In this document: piece after piece, positions 1-11,880 of the stretch
Numbering within the stretch: position 1 is the stretch's first letter
How the letters are laid out: each line of letters starts with the position of its first letter
Source: Octopus sinensis
Lineage: Eukaryota
Assembly: GCF_006345805.1 (NCBI RefSeq)
Contig: NC_043001.1
Span: 117,800,001 to 117,864,000, forward strand
DNA length: 64,000 nucleotides
Direction: 5' to 3'
Translations under genes and position numbers: made by a program
Notes under the pieces: model-generated
Told to the model about the DNA's origin: nothing
What the model saw: only the letters and a program-made list of their open reading frames with translations
Database searches by the model: none

Positions 1-51
1 TACTTCTTTTTCTTCTTCTTCTTCTTCTTCTTCTTCTTCTTCTTCTTTTTC

Positions 52-83
<32 letters not shown>

Positions 84-115
84 CTTCTTCTCTTCTTCTT
101 CTTCTTCTTCTACTT
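1..115. repeat. (TTC)n microsatellite
   Basis: Near-pure TTC run at the window start. Confidence 0.95.
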
Positions 116-587
116 TCCCTCTTCTTTATCCTTTCTTATTATTCATCATCAACGTCCTTACGTTTACCACCAAAACGTGAAGAGACAAATGCTGGGTACC
201 CACAGACGATATTGGCTGCCGCGGCTGCTGATATTACCGCAGCGGCAAACGAGCAGGTGAGAGAATAGTGTTGAAAAAAATAAATAAATAATGAAATAAA
301 TCATTAAAAAATCAAAATAAAAGTATAACAACAAATACAATTCTAAATTAATCCCTATGGAAAAAAAAGCTAGGATATTAAATAGCTTTAGTCGTTCTTA
401 CCGACTGCCGTTCGGGAAGAGATGAATTGCTTTTATAAAATATATTTCTCGAAGAAAAAAAGAAAGAAGCAAGAAACAAAAAGAAAAGAAAGAAAAATGG
501 AAACATCCCACTTAGTTTTAAACTATTGTTGCTGAAGTGGCACGCTCAAATACTCCGTACATATATATATATACATACATATATATA

Positions 588-640
<53 letters not shown>

Positions 641-1624
641 GATTTTTTTTCTATATATTTTCATATATTTATTTATATCATTAAAGGGGAATATGGCTAA
701 ACAAAGTTAAAAGGAAAATAGAAATAACTGCTATATATTTATGTTTGAGGCCTAATGAAATAATGATTTTATACATCGAATGACAAAAGGTTACACCTTT
801 TTAGAAAACTCTAGTCTACTGAATCATCTTCAATACACGACTGGTGTTTTATCGACCAATTAAGTTTAAAACCAGCCGTGGCTCATGGATCTTTAGCAGA
901 ATCAGGTCCACATCTGGTCAAGGAAAACTTTCTCCCTTTCACCCACTGTTCTCAGTAACCCTAAAAAGAGTCATTGGACGCTGTATTTTCTTCAGTGAGG
1001 CAGTGGCAAAAGAAAAGAAAAGCGTAAAAAACAAAAGTTTCATGGAAAGGGAAGTAGTAATGAAAAATATCGGCCCTTAATACTGAACGAGATTTAATCT
1101 AGCTCTCTACCGTTTTTCCTTACCGCACTGCTAAGACTAAATGAAATAAAATGATTCCCAGTATGTTATTAGGTAGCCCCAGGTCAGTCCTGATTGAACA
1201 ATCCTCTAACATTCAAGTAATCGTTCGAACACCGAGGCGCACTCCATATACCCATATTCCCAGTTTTTGTACGTCTCCGTCTTGCTAAGAATCATAGAAC
1301 ACACCGACAAGCAGTGATGAATAGGGCGGGATGCAGTGCGCAGTTTCCACATGCTGCACTTTTCCGCTCTCCAATTTACTTCTGTTTTGTTGGTATACGA
1401 AATGTTTTTGGTGCAATGACCAAAAAATGGGAAAGCTGCCTTGATGTTTTCTTTTACAAAATAGCAGTATTACTTGTCTGTCAATTACGGGTACCCTTCT
1501 ACCCGTTTGTCATATAGTGTTACGAGTTCGTCATCCTTTAGAGATTAGAGACAGCAGCAATAGAGACACGAAATTATCATACAAGAGAAATGTATTAGTG
1601 AAGTAAATAAATGTTTCAAATGTT

Positions 1625-1812
1625 GGCACAGGGCCAGCAGGTTTTTGAGAGGAGGGGAAATCAATTACATCGATTCCAGCATTTGACTGATACTTATTTT
1701 ATCGACTCAGAAAAGATGAAAGGCAAAGTTGACTTCGGCGGAATTTGAACTCAGAACTTATGCCGCCACGCCTTTTGACTGATGTGCTAACGGTTCTGCC
1801 AAGCTCACTTCC
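1625..1812 (-). mobile_element. Degenerate tRNA-derived SINE, family A (old subfamily)
   Basis: Contains GATGAAAGGCAAAGTTGACTTCGGCGGAATTTGAACTCAGAAC, the reverse complement of the family A core seen intact at 14991-15207. Confidence 0.8.
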
Positions 1813-2640
1813 TTATTAGTAAAGATAATAAATAATAAGGCGCCAAAGAGTCGATTTCAGAGCCAAGGGTTTGAATTCTGCCACCAGCAAAAGTTCTATG
1901 AATGAAAAGGACAATATCCCCGTAACTCTAAGTACGATAAGGGCGATAAGACGTATTAGTTCGGCATTGAGTAACAAGTGAATGAAATCGTCGAGTATTT
2001 TCGTGGATTTAATGCTGAGTTTATCGTTTCGATGAAAATTCAATAGGGTAGATTTATTTCTACTCAGCTTTACACTACGCAAATCAGAGTTAAGTACTAG
2101 CTTTGTGGATACTTTGAAATTTAGAAAAGATGTATTATATAAAAATTAAAATGAGTTTCTGGGGACAATTTCTGAATAAAACATGAATACTTTAGCGGAA
2201 AGAGGCTAAAAAAAAACTTTTATTTAAGGAAACATCAATAGCTTAATTATAAATTTTGGTCAAAAATAAAAGGGGATGTAACATCAAAATCTAAATGATT
2301 AAAAATTGAATGTGGACAAGCGAGCAGTGAGACGTCAAATAAAAGAGAAGCATTTTTGGAATAGTCGCCGTACTTGCGAAAGATCAGGTGTACTCCTCAT
2401 TGCTTTGTTCCCATGCTTTGTTTTTAATTATTTTCTCCTTACTACAGGGGCAGTTTTAATTAATTAAAAGCTTTGACGTTCACTACATTAAGTATGCTCG
2501 GCCCCACTTAATTATATCAAGATTTACTTGAGCCTAAAGTTGAGTTAAAGTAAAAATAACTTTCAACGTATTTTAAGAAGCAAATCATTTACGAATTCCG
2601 GATGCGGTACTCAATTCTAGCGTCTGTTCTATAGTGATGG

Positions 2641-2807
2641 AGGAGCTGGTCGATTAATAAGTGCCTGATTGATACTCATTTTATCGAACCCGAAAGGAGG
2701 AAAAGCAAAGTCAACCTAGCAGAATTTGAACACAAAATGTAAAGACGGACGAAATACCTCTCAGCATTTTCTCCGGCATGCTAACGATTCTGCCAGGACA
2801 CCGCCTT
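2641..2807 (-). mobile_element. Degenerate SINE family A copy
   Basis: Diverged match to the family A core (GAAAGG..AAAGCAAAGTCAACC..GAATTTGAAC..GACGAAATACC..GCTAACGATTCTGCC). Confidence 0.7.
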
Positions 2808-2864
2808 TCTTCTATCTGTATGTATATATAATATCAATCTTAAGTGATAAATAGGTAGGTAGGT

Positions 2865-2902
<38 letters not shown>

Positions 2903-4238
2903 TGATTGATTGACTGGTTGACCGATTGATTGATTAAACAATTGAGTAATTGGTGCTGAAATATATCCTGTTTATGTAAGTAGCATCTATTTTCTGTGTA
3001 TCCATGATTACGTTATCCATTGTACGTCTACTTATTTTAAGATAATAGAGTTAGATTTTGTCAACAACAAAAACTTTTTAAACATTTCCAGATGCTTCTT
3101 CAGTTAGTTGTTCTTGTGTGGCCACTGTTAAGTATTAAATAATAGATATATGGCTACGTAAGTAATATCAACTGACTAGTTACGATTCACAGATTAACGA
3201 TCCTGATATGCCATCCCCTGCTGAAGTTGGGGATCACACGTCACACTCTAAAACATATCGTTCATCATATGGAAGTATACTATAGCATTTTGGGAACGAT
3301 GTGTATATTCGTTGTCTTGTCTGTTAGTGTGTGCATGGTGGTTACGAGCAAAGTGAACTCATTCATAGTAAAAAAAAAAGGTACATTGCTGTTGGTAGTT
3401 GCTTTTAACTAAAAAGGTATAGTGTTACAACATAGTTTGTTACTGCCGTTGACTTGTTCGACTGTTGACTCCTATCGTTGCTTTTATAGTTGATATTCAC
3501 AAATTTATACTACAATTTTCGCTACTACGAAAAAATACAAACAATAGTGAAATTACCAAAATAACATAGAAAATAAGGCGAAAAAGTTGTCACAAGCAAT
3601 AAGAAAATAACTAGTAGAAGCAAATATGACCCGTCTGTATTGGGAACGGCACGCAGAGCTGTAAAAGCAATATCCGTTTTGTAGATATTACATTATGTAC
3701 TTTTAACGTAATCTACAAAATCAAGTATCAGTTATGTGGCTTTAATGTAATCTACAAAATGAAGTAGAGTGTAGTTTCATTTGTACAACACTTTGTGCCA
3801 GTAACAATTTTTGCCAGTGACATGTGGGATCTGAGTGTCTTCAAAGATCTACGTCTGAGAATAATTCTTAGTATAGCTGATACAAAGGACTGATTTATGA
3901 TCAACACAAAATATCGCCACAGAATGTAAGAGGGGGAAGTAGGAAACTACAGTAGGGCCACCCAAGAACTGGCAAACAATATGAAAAAGATCGCAAGTCG
4001 TCAGAAAATGTGCCAATACTTAAACTGGAATTATATGAATTAAAGTAGAAAGACATTACACTAATATGCAGAAATTATTTCAGTCGACTATACCTCTTGT
4101 TTGCAAAATCTTTAACCGTGTACGATTGAGAGAAACGGTTCAGCGTTCAAATCCAGCTAGCCTCGATTCTGATTAGCCGTATTTTCCTTCAGTTAATCTC
4201 TAAAACACAAAGCAGATTCGATGTATTATAAATAGTAT

Positions 4239-4244
4239 TTTATT
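4239..4244 (-). promoter_or_regulatory. Candidate polyadenylation signal AATAAA for the 529-aa ORF
   Basis: TTTATT on the plus strand, about 40 nt downstream of the TAG stop at 4287-4289. Confidence 0.55.
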
Positions 4245-4286
4245 AGCAATGTTATGAAAAGAATTTATCAAGACTTAAAATTGATC

Positions 4287-5876
4287 CTAGGTTTTCCTAC
4301 TTTTCGCCTCTTCAACGATCTTCATGGATTTCAATTTAGCCTCTGCGTGTGAAATATATTTCTCGTTTTGGGCCTCCGTCAATTCAAAGGCTAAATTCTC
4401 ATCTTGTGCACCCATGTAATCCAACGGAAATTTCATTTCATATACTTCTTCTCCATCACCAACCTCCATTTCGGAAATTATGGTATCGATAGTTGGCTTG
4501 GGCCGCAATTCTTCGATGATGTCTTCAAGTTTTTCTTTTGCCTCAGTTAGAGTTTGGCTGTTTATTGCAACCGGAAATGCTGTTGCAATATGGTCACAAA
4601 GGTCTTTCTTCACACTTTCATATTGGTCAAGTAGATCTTTTATTTGCAAACTCCGTTTGTGTACGCTGAAATGACGTTCTTTGCCCATTAGGTACAAATT
4701 CCTGATTTCATAAATCCAGTCATTCATTTTATCTAATTCCTGTGATCTTTTAATCTCAGCGGCTTCCATATTTTCTTTGATGTGACGAATTTCTTCTTTT
4801 TTGCAAATGAGAGTTTCAAGAGCCTGATTTATAGCAGCCATTAACTGCTCTTTGGCACTATTTTCCCAGTGAATTCTTGGGGGTAAATCATCTAACTTTT
4901 TAATATCAAGCTCTGATTTTATTGCTTCATTCATGTCTTTAAGTTTAGTAAATTTAACCTCTGTGTCTTCTAGTTCCTTTTTTATAGATATCATTCGATT
5001 TTCTTTCAATTCTCGTTCGGCCTCATTTATACCCGTATCTTTATTAGATTTTTCTGTCTTCAATTTTTTATTTTTCAATTTTTTTTCTTCCAAATTAGAC
5101 TCCTGAGTTTGTTTACCAACGATTAGAAGACGTTTTGTGTTTTCTAATTCTGTTTGCGCTTTTAAGCATCTTTTGGCTTCATTTTCATATAAAATCGATA
5201 GCTCTCCTAGTTCCTTTTTCGCCTCAGTCAAACCCTTTTCACTCAATTCTAGCTCATGAGGAATATTAATCAATTCTTTCTTCATTTGATTGACCAAATA
5301 TTTATAAGTAGCGACAGTGTTACATGCCATCTCCCATTTGAAGTTTACTTTGTTGTAGCTATTGTATATCGTACGAAGCCGCTGAAGCAAATTGTCTTCA
5401 TAAGTACTTTGCTTTTGTTTAACGCTTTCAAAAAAGCATATTTTTTTATTGCAATCTTCCATACTATCCTCTTTCTTCTTGGTTACATATTGTGTCAAAT
5501 TTAAATTCCTGAGATTATGGCACAACTTATCTAAACTTTTTTCTACAGTTTCTTGAAGAGTATGTTTTCGCTTCTGTGCCATTTCACCATTATCTCCGGC
5601 AGGTGAAGTATCTTGAACATCTTTGTACAAAGATTTCACCAATTCTTCTCGCTTGAGAAGGTTTTCTTCCACTAATTTTGCCATGATAGTATTATTTTCT
5701 TTGATTAAATTATCGAGATACTCCATAACAGATTTAGCTTCTCTTTCGTTTAATTCAATTCTTGATTTAATGTCTTTTAATAAATCAGGCAGGGTTCGTG
5801 CCTTCTTCGTGTACTTCCCATAGTTTGGCTTTCGAATCCAGAAGTCAATTCTGGCTTTGTCTGTAAAATTACTCAT
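4287..5876 (-). CDS. ODAD3: Intronless coiled-coil protein of the outer-dynein-arm docking complex family (ODAD3/CCDC151-like; CCDC183 is the alternative paralog)
   Basis: Uninterrupted 529-aa ORF. By recalled alignment, IELNEREAKSVMEYLDNLIKENNTIMAKLVEEN matches the CCDC151 [33 protein letters not shown] segment. RLRTIYNSYNKVNFKWEMACNTVATYKYL..E..N....L...E......K.EL..L matches [25 protein letters not shown]. The C-terminal YEMKFPL...SHAEAKLKSMKIVE resembles the family tail. A poly(A) signal lies downstream. Confidence 0.7.
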   Translation of the reverse strand: MSNFTDKARIDFWIRKPNYGKYTKKARTLPDLLKDIKSRIELNEREAKSVMEYLDNLIKENNTIMAKLVEENLLKREELVKSLYKDVQDTSPAGDNGEMAQKRKHTLQETVEKSLDKLCHNLRNLNLTQYVTKKKEDSMEDCNKKICFFESVKQKQSTYEDNLLQRLRTIYNSYNKVNFKWEMACNTVATYKYLVNQMKKELINIPHELELSEKGLTEAKKELGELSILYENEAKRCLKAQTELENTKRLLIVGKQTQESNLEEKKLKNKKLKTEKSNKDTGINEAERELKENRMISIKKELEDTEVKFTKLKDMNEAIKSELDIKKLDDLPPRIHWENSAKEQLMAAINQALETLICKKEEIRHIKENMEAAEIKRSQELDKMNDWIYEIRNLYLMGKERHFSVHKRSLQIKDLLDQYESVKKDLCDHIATAFPVAINSQTLTEAKEKLEDIIEELRPKPTIDTIISEMEVGDGEEVYEMKFPLDYMGAQDENLAFELTEAQNEKYISHAEAKLKSMKIVEEAKSRKT

Positions 5877-5978
5877 TGTTGATGTTTTGATCTAATTTGA
5901 TTTAAGTATCAAAAGATATTGAAAATATACACAATACAAAACAGCAAAGAAATGATTGAAATTTTCCACTCTGAGTCA

Positions 5979-5996
5979 GTTAGCAACCTTTGCAAC
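5979..5996. promoter_or_regulatory. Two RFX/X-box-like half sites (TAGCAAC, TTGCAAC) about 100 nt upstream of the ciliary ORF
   Basis: GTTAGCAACCTTTGCAAC. These are half sites only, not a full 13-14 bp X-box. Confidence 0.2.
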
Positions 5997-6789
5997 CACT
6001 TTTACATGAATGCTCTAAAATCATTAAGAAATCCGGATTTTCCTTCCATTGGAGCACATTTTAATATTCATGATTTAATATATTTCATTTAGGAGTTATT
6101 TTCTGTTGATTAACAATAATAAAAAACGAAAAATTCAACATTAAAACTATCTTAAGACAAAATAAATTCTCTAGTGATCAACCAACACAAACTCACAACC
6201 ATTCACTCCTGTTCTGTGGACAAGAGATTAAGAAGAACAAACTTAGGTAGCGTCGTCATTTAAATTCAAATAAACGCAGTGAGAACAATTAAAGCTGTTT
6301 GCTTATTGATTAAAAGAAGCATATGCATACACACATACACACGCACACATACATTTGCACAACCGGACAAACACATGTATGCGCATGCGCAAACACACGT
6401 ATTTGTATATGTATGTGCCAGAAGAAGAAATAGTAAAATGGTAACTCAGTGGTTAGAATGCTTTTTAAGCATATGACTGCAGGTAAGAAAGCGAGTTTTT
6501 TTTTTTTTAAATATCTATATTCCACACCATATCATGTGTAGCAGAAGTAATCGCAAATTGACTTAAAGAAGTGAGTACAATAACTTTAATTAAAAGAAAC
6601 TCTAGCCGCACAGGAAGCTACTGCAGTGATGCTTCCAGCTCTCATAGAAGCCATTCTATTGAACCTAGATCAGTCCAGTGCTAGAACAGTTACATACCAG
6701 TAAAATTACTAGACTCTATAATGAGGGATAATTTATACTGTTTCTAACCCCACTGAAAATAGTAGAAAAATATCTTTCAAATCACACTC

Positions 6790-8545
6790 ATAAAGGCATA
6801 TTGGATGATGTAGTCTTCGGTGCTAAAACACGAAATCATCTTACGGACGTATTGCAACTTTTACGAACGTATTGTGACTCCCACTCTGCAACTCCAGTCT
6901 AGAATTCCTAAAATAAAGAACGCATAACAAAAATTGCATCTTTTCAAAGAATAGAATACCTGGATTCTAAAAACCTAACTTATGCAAGGAGGTTGAAAAT
7001 TCTAACTTACAAAATTGCCTGAAAATGCGTTTGAATGAATATGATGGTACGAGGGGCGTTCAGTAAGTAATGCCCCTGACCCACTTCCCATAGCAGCAGA
7101 GCAACGAAACTTGGCACATTTATTAGTCTTTTTCTACATAGGAACCACCCAAAGTTATGCATTTCTCCCATCGTTTGATGCAGCTCTGAAGACCGTTTTT
7201 GTAGAAGACCCCAGCTTGGTCCTCCAACCACGACGTGACTTCAGAAATCAAGGCTGCATCATCTGGGAAACGCCTTCCTTTCAAAAACAACTTCATGGCT
7301 GGGAAGAGGTGAAAATCAGAGGGTGCAGGTCAGGAGATGGGGGATGAGTTCATAGCCGCACGCCTGTGCTTCTGATCTGGCGACACGCGAGTTGTGGATC
7401 GGAGCGTTGTCTTGCAGGAGGAGGATGCCTTTGCTGATCTTGCCCCGCCTCTTGATTTTGATAGCTTCTCTTAATTTCCTCAAAAGTGAAACATGATAGA
7501 CTCCTGTAATTGTGGTACCCTTTGCCAGGAAATCTGTCATCACTACTCCGTCCTGGTCCCAGAAGACTGTGAGCATGACCTTGCCAGCGGAGGGCTGCAC
7601 CCTTGCCTTCTTTGGAGGAGGTGAGTCACGGTGCTTCCACTGCATTGACTGGGCTTTGGTCTCTGGATCATAGTAATGGACCCAGGTTTCATCCTGTGTA
7701 ATCAGTCTTTTGAAAAATTTTGACTCATCTTCTTGGCACATCTTCAAATTCATCCTCGCGCTATCGACGCGTTCTTGCTTCTGGAAAGGTGTGAGCAGCC
7801 TGGGAATCCATCTGGCAGACACCTTTTGCATATGCAAATGGTCATGAATGATAGTTTCCACAGACCCGGTACTAATCTTTACCTCATGGGCTATTTGGCG
7901 AATAGTTATGCGTCGATCTTCCAAAATGGCAGCCTCAACTTGACGGACAGATGCCCCATCAATGGCAGAAGGGGGCGACTAGATCTGGGAGCTGTTTCCA
8001 CAAAGTTCCGACCATGTTTGAATTCACGATGCCAGCGTTTTACAAGGTCATATGATGGGGAATCATTACCACAAGTTACTTTCATTTCATCAAAAGTCTC
8101 CCGTGGTGTGCGTCATTTCAAATACAAAAACCGCATCACTGCTCGACACTCAACAGGCTCCGTTTAACACTTGACTCAGTTCAAACACCTGTAAATCAGA
8201 AACCACAATTAGTTCAGAGCTGTAATTTGCCACTTAATCTATAGAGATATAGGTAATTGCACATGCAAAATTTCAAACAACAGCAAGTGGGTCAGAGGCA
8301 TTACTTATTGAACGCCCCTCGTAGATGTTCTATAAAGGGGTTTTACCTAAATTATTCATATCTGGTGTAAAACCGCAGTTGAATAAAGAAGGGGGGAAAC
8401 CGATAAAACCTTGAACCTCAGAACATGAAAAAATATAAATAGGAGGAAAGGCCATTCAGTTTAAGGACAATAAAATTTGGAATAGTTCGACAGGGTTGGT
8501 CACAATTGAAAATAATATATTTAAACACCTGTTGATCAAACATTC
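6790..8545 (+). mobile_element. Highly decayed CR1/L2-type LINE 3' region, interrupted by the mariner at 7050-8321
   Basis: Degenerate translations ATPV*NS (LEYASPVWS-like), RIPG..KNLTYARRLKIL (KNLSYEERLK-like) and, after the mariner, IIKIWNS-like. Confidence 0.5.
7050..8321 (-). mobile_element. Full-length but defective mariner (DD34D) transposon, copy 1
   Basis: TIRs CGAGGGGCGTTCA(G/A)TAAGTAATGCC at both ends with TA flanks at 7048-49 and 8322-23. Motifs WIPRLL, TQDETWVH, MLTVFWD, LLQDNAPIH. An early stop and frameshifts are present. Confidence 0.97.
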
Positions 8546-8549
8546 CCTT

Positions 8550-8959
8550 TTACTCTTTTACTCTTTTACCTGTTTCAGTCATTTGACTGTGGCCGTGCTG
8601 TAGCACCGCCTTTAGTCGAGCAAATCGACCTCAGGACTTATTCTTTGTAAGCCTAGTATTTATACTATCGGTGTCTTTTGCCCAACCGCTAAGTTACGGG
8701 GACGTAAACACACCAGCATCGGTTGTCAAGCGATGTTGGTGAGACAAACACAGACACACAAACATACATACACACACATATATATACACATATATACGAC
8801 GGGCTTCTTTCAGTTTCCGTCAACCAAATCCACTCACAAGGCTTTGGTCGGCCCGAGGCTATAGTAGAAGACACTTGCCCAAGGTGCCACGCAGTGGGAC
8901 TGAACCCGGAACCATGTGGTTGGTAAGCAAGCTACTTACCACACAGCCACTCCTACGCC
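8550..8959 (-). mobile_element. tRNA-derived SINE family B (full length, internal CA/TA microsatellite)
   Basis: Reverse complement of GGCG(T/C)AGGAGTGGCTGTGTGGTAAG...CCGGGTTCAGTCCC head and CAGTCAAATGACTGAAAC tail. Near-identical to 47222 and 50241. Confidence 0.92.
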
Positions 8960-8987
8960 TATATTGGGAACAATATGAAAAATAGTC

Positions 8988-11667
8988 GGAGAGACCGGGT
9001 CTAGTTGTTATATTTTTTCATTTTTTTTTTTTTTGCCTTGGCACCCACATTAATGAACACAGCTGAAGTTCTTTTCAGAATTAATTAGTAAAACATCTCT
9101 ATTTATTGTTATCACCAGCAAAAAACAGAAATTACATAACATTAATTAGACAGGTTCTAATTAATGAGGTGGTATCAGCTGTAACAATTTTCCCCGAGTG
9201 CAGGGTACGTTGTGATACTTACTGGGGTACTTTTTTACAACTGTCGATAACTCGGAATTATGTTAACAAACAAGTTTAAAATGAATACGTCTCCTGCTTC
9301 TTGCGTCTAGAATGTATTATTTTAATTAATTAACTGAGCTTTGAACCACCTCATATCATAAATGTGATACTGAGAGTCCTCATCAGCCAATTTCCCTATT
9401 GTTACATGTACCATCTAGTCGAAATCGTCCTCCATTAACTCCTCACCACACAGATCACACAGAAAGTCCTGTCGTCCATCGGTGCAGTCAGTGTGTGCCC
9501 AGTCTTTACAGACCATGCATTGCACCTATTCCTCACCTGGAAGGGAGTTGGAATACCAATCTGAGCAGACAAGGCATTTCCAATCGGCGACTTGCTTCTC
9601 TTTGCCTTTTCCTGTTTTAGTTGACTTTCCCTTCCCCTTTGTTGCTTTTTCTGTACCAGTTGCCTTCTTTAGCTTGGATTTCTGTTCGTTTATTTCATCC
9701 ACTATGTGTTGTTTTACGGTGGTTAGGGTTCGAATGGCTGTTTGGCACCTCTTGCGACTTCCACGACCTCGACCTGTCTTCCTGGAGGAAGCCTTCCTTA
9801 ATGGGCGCAACACCTCTGGGCTTGTAACAACACCAGCAGTAAAACCTGGGCCTGGTGTAGGATGGTCTGTCGGACCGTCTTGCCGTTCATTGACCTGGTC
9901 GCCTGGTTGAACGTCTGACTAGTCGTTTGGCTGCAAATTAGGCTGGTTATCTGGTTGCATGCCAGGCTGCACGTCAGGATGGTCGTCTGGCTGCACCTCA
10001 GACTGGTCTTCAGCTTGTTTTGGAGCAGGACGGTCCGTGACATAACTTGGAAGGAATTCGTCATCACCAAAGACATCCCTGTTAAAGGGCCAGATGCCAC
10101 TGACTTGAAATCCTTTCTGGTTGTCGACTGGTGCGCACGCATGTGGAAGGGCTTCCTTCAAGATCGCCGGGATGTCGTTAATGGCCATCGTTTTACCTGG
10201 GTGCGATTTCATCCATCTATCACAGGCCCTATTCACGTACTCCTTAAGAGGACCATAGACACTCCGATCGAGTGGCTGTAGCTTATGTGAGCAGTGTGGG
10301 AGGAATGATAGCAGAACAATAGTCAAGTAGCAACAGGACAGGATGCTCTTTGCAGCAACGAGTGTGCTTCACGAAGTGTTCCAGAAATTTAAGAAAATCT
10401 GCCTCCTTCATCCATCCACTTGGATTTGCTGATTCACAGCAACCTGTTAGCCCGTTAGCAATGAAGTGGACTCTAAGGAACACTAGCATTGGTGGTGTTG
10501 CATTACCGCTGGCATTTACTGTCACCAGGGTCCCTCTCTCCGCGGAATTCATTGCTTCTACTTGTTTCACTCCTTTCTCTGCCACAATTCGATCTGGTCG
10601 TTGCACTGTTGTGACACCCGTCTCATCACAGTTGTAGATGTCATAGCTCTCAAACTTGTAGCGGTCAAGCACCTCTGTCAGATTAGTGTAAAACGTGTCC
10701 ACCTTAGTTCGATTGAAGCTTGTTGCCCTACTCAGACTTGTGGCTTTTGGGGTTCGGATGGGGAGGCTGGAATTCCGCTTCATAAACCTTTTAGAACCAG
10801 TCGACACCAGCGCATTCATTGGCAAGCCAAAAATCTGGACACTTGATTTCATTGACCTTCGCATAGTCGTAAGCAAGGCTTCGAATGTCAGAAGGAATCA
10901 GACCATGGTAAATTTTAGCAGCTTTAAGGATGTAGGCCACAAGCAAGTCTTCTTGCTTCTTGGTAAAAACTGCACGCGGAGAAGTATATCCAACACTCGT
11001 TATTTTCCCCTCTGTCCTTGGTTTCTTGCAGTATCTCTGCAGCGTCATCAAATTCACCTGAAAATATAAAGAAGCTGGAGGTTTATTTTTTGGTACAGCT
11101 GACGTTCTGTTAACATCTTAAAAGTTTGATGTAAGGGATACCGATAACTTCCTATCCAATGAGCCTGAAACCTACCTCGAAATCTTTGGCAACATCCCGT
11201 AATGATTTCTTTTCATCCACAAATTTTCTGGCGGCTCTTTCCATGACATCAGGAGGGGTATCCACTCTTGTAGTCTTCCTTTTGTAATTTCTAGACATGG
11301 CGTGTGAAACTTAAATAAAAGGGGTAAGGTGTGACATGCCTGGGGTAAGTTGATACACTATGGCATCCAGGACACACCTTCATGTATTGAAGGCAACTTC
11401 CAACACTTCCTAATGAGCCACAAACTACTTCAGTAGCACCACTTGTGCTTTAATAGTTAAGGAAATAGCTTTGTCACAAAATTTCACTTTTGGAGTAAAA
11501 AATCGTTTTTTGAGCCATACCTTTCTTGGTGACAGCCCGCCAGTGCAGTCATGATGCTATAGAGTTGGTCTTCACGAGGTAGAGACCCGGGTGCCACCTA
11601 TTTCTTGAAGTTGGAAACAATGGACTTCTAACAACTTATCCATGTAACAACTAGATCCGGTCTCCCC
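8988..11667 (-). mobile_element. pogo-superfamily (Tc1/mariner, DDE_1) DNA transposon, near full length
   Basis: 23-bp TIRs with 2 mismatches (GGAGAGACCGGGTCTAGTTGTTA at 8988-9010; TAACAACTAGATCCGGTCTCCCC at 11645-11667). TA at the right flank. Internal transposase remnant. Confidence 0.9.
9415..11298 (-). pseudogene. pogo-type transposase pseudogene: HTH + CENP-B-type HTH + DDE_1 + C-terminal PHD finger, with a 118-nt GT-AG intron (11058-11175)
   Basis: Exon 1 MSRNYKRK...LRDVAKDFE joins in frame to VNLMTLQRYCKK. Motifs YNCDETG, SAERG, PSGWM, LLLLD and HKLQPLDRSVYGPLK. PHD-like CLVC..WVQCMVCKDWAHTDC..CDLC. Several frameshifts and stops. Confidence 0.88.
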
Positions 11668-11880
11668 TACAGTAATTTTAAAGCGAACATGGTCTGATGC
11701 ACTATACATTCATCAGAGGAGCAGCAGTCTAGAAAAGAAGTTCAAAATGAACACGGAAAGGGAAACTAATATTACACTCACACGCACGTACGCACACTCA
11801 CACGCACGTACGCACACACACACACACACAAACTGAACTGTTCAGAATACAGACTGACTTCTTGAGGCAACTGACTTACC

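Noticed and set aside
1816-2082. 88-aa minus ORF, and a plus-frame peptide ending RAIRRISSALSNK*
   Set aside because: No recognisable homology and no convincing splice acceptor; cannot be supported without expression data.
4200-4286. Poly(A) tail or TSD proving retroposition of the ODAD3-like gene
   Set aside because: No T-run or flanking direct repeat is visible, so retrogene status remains an inference.
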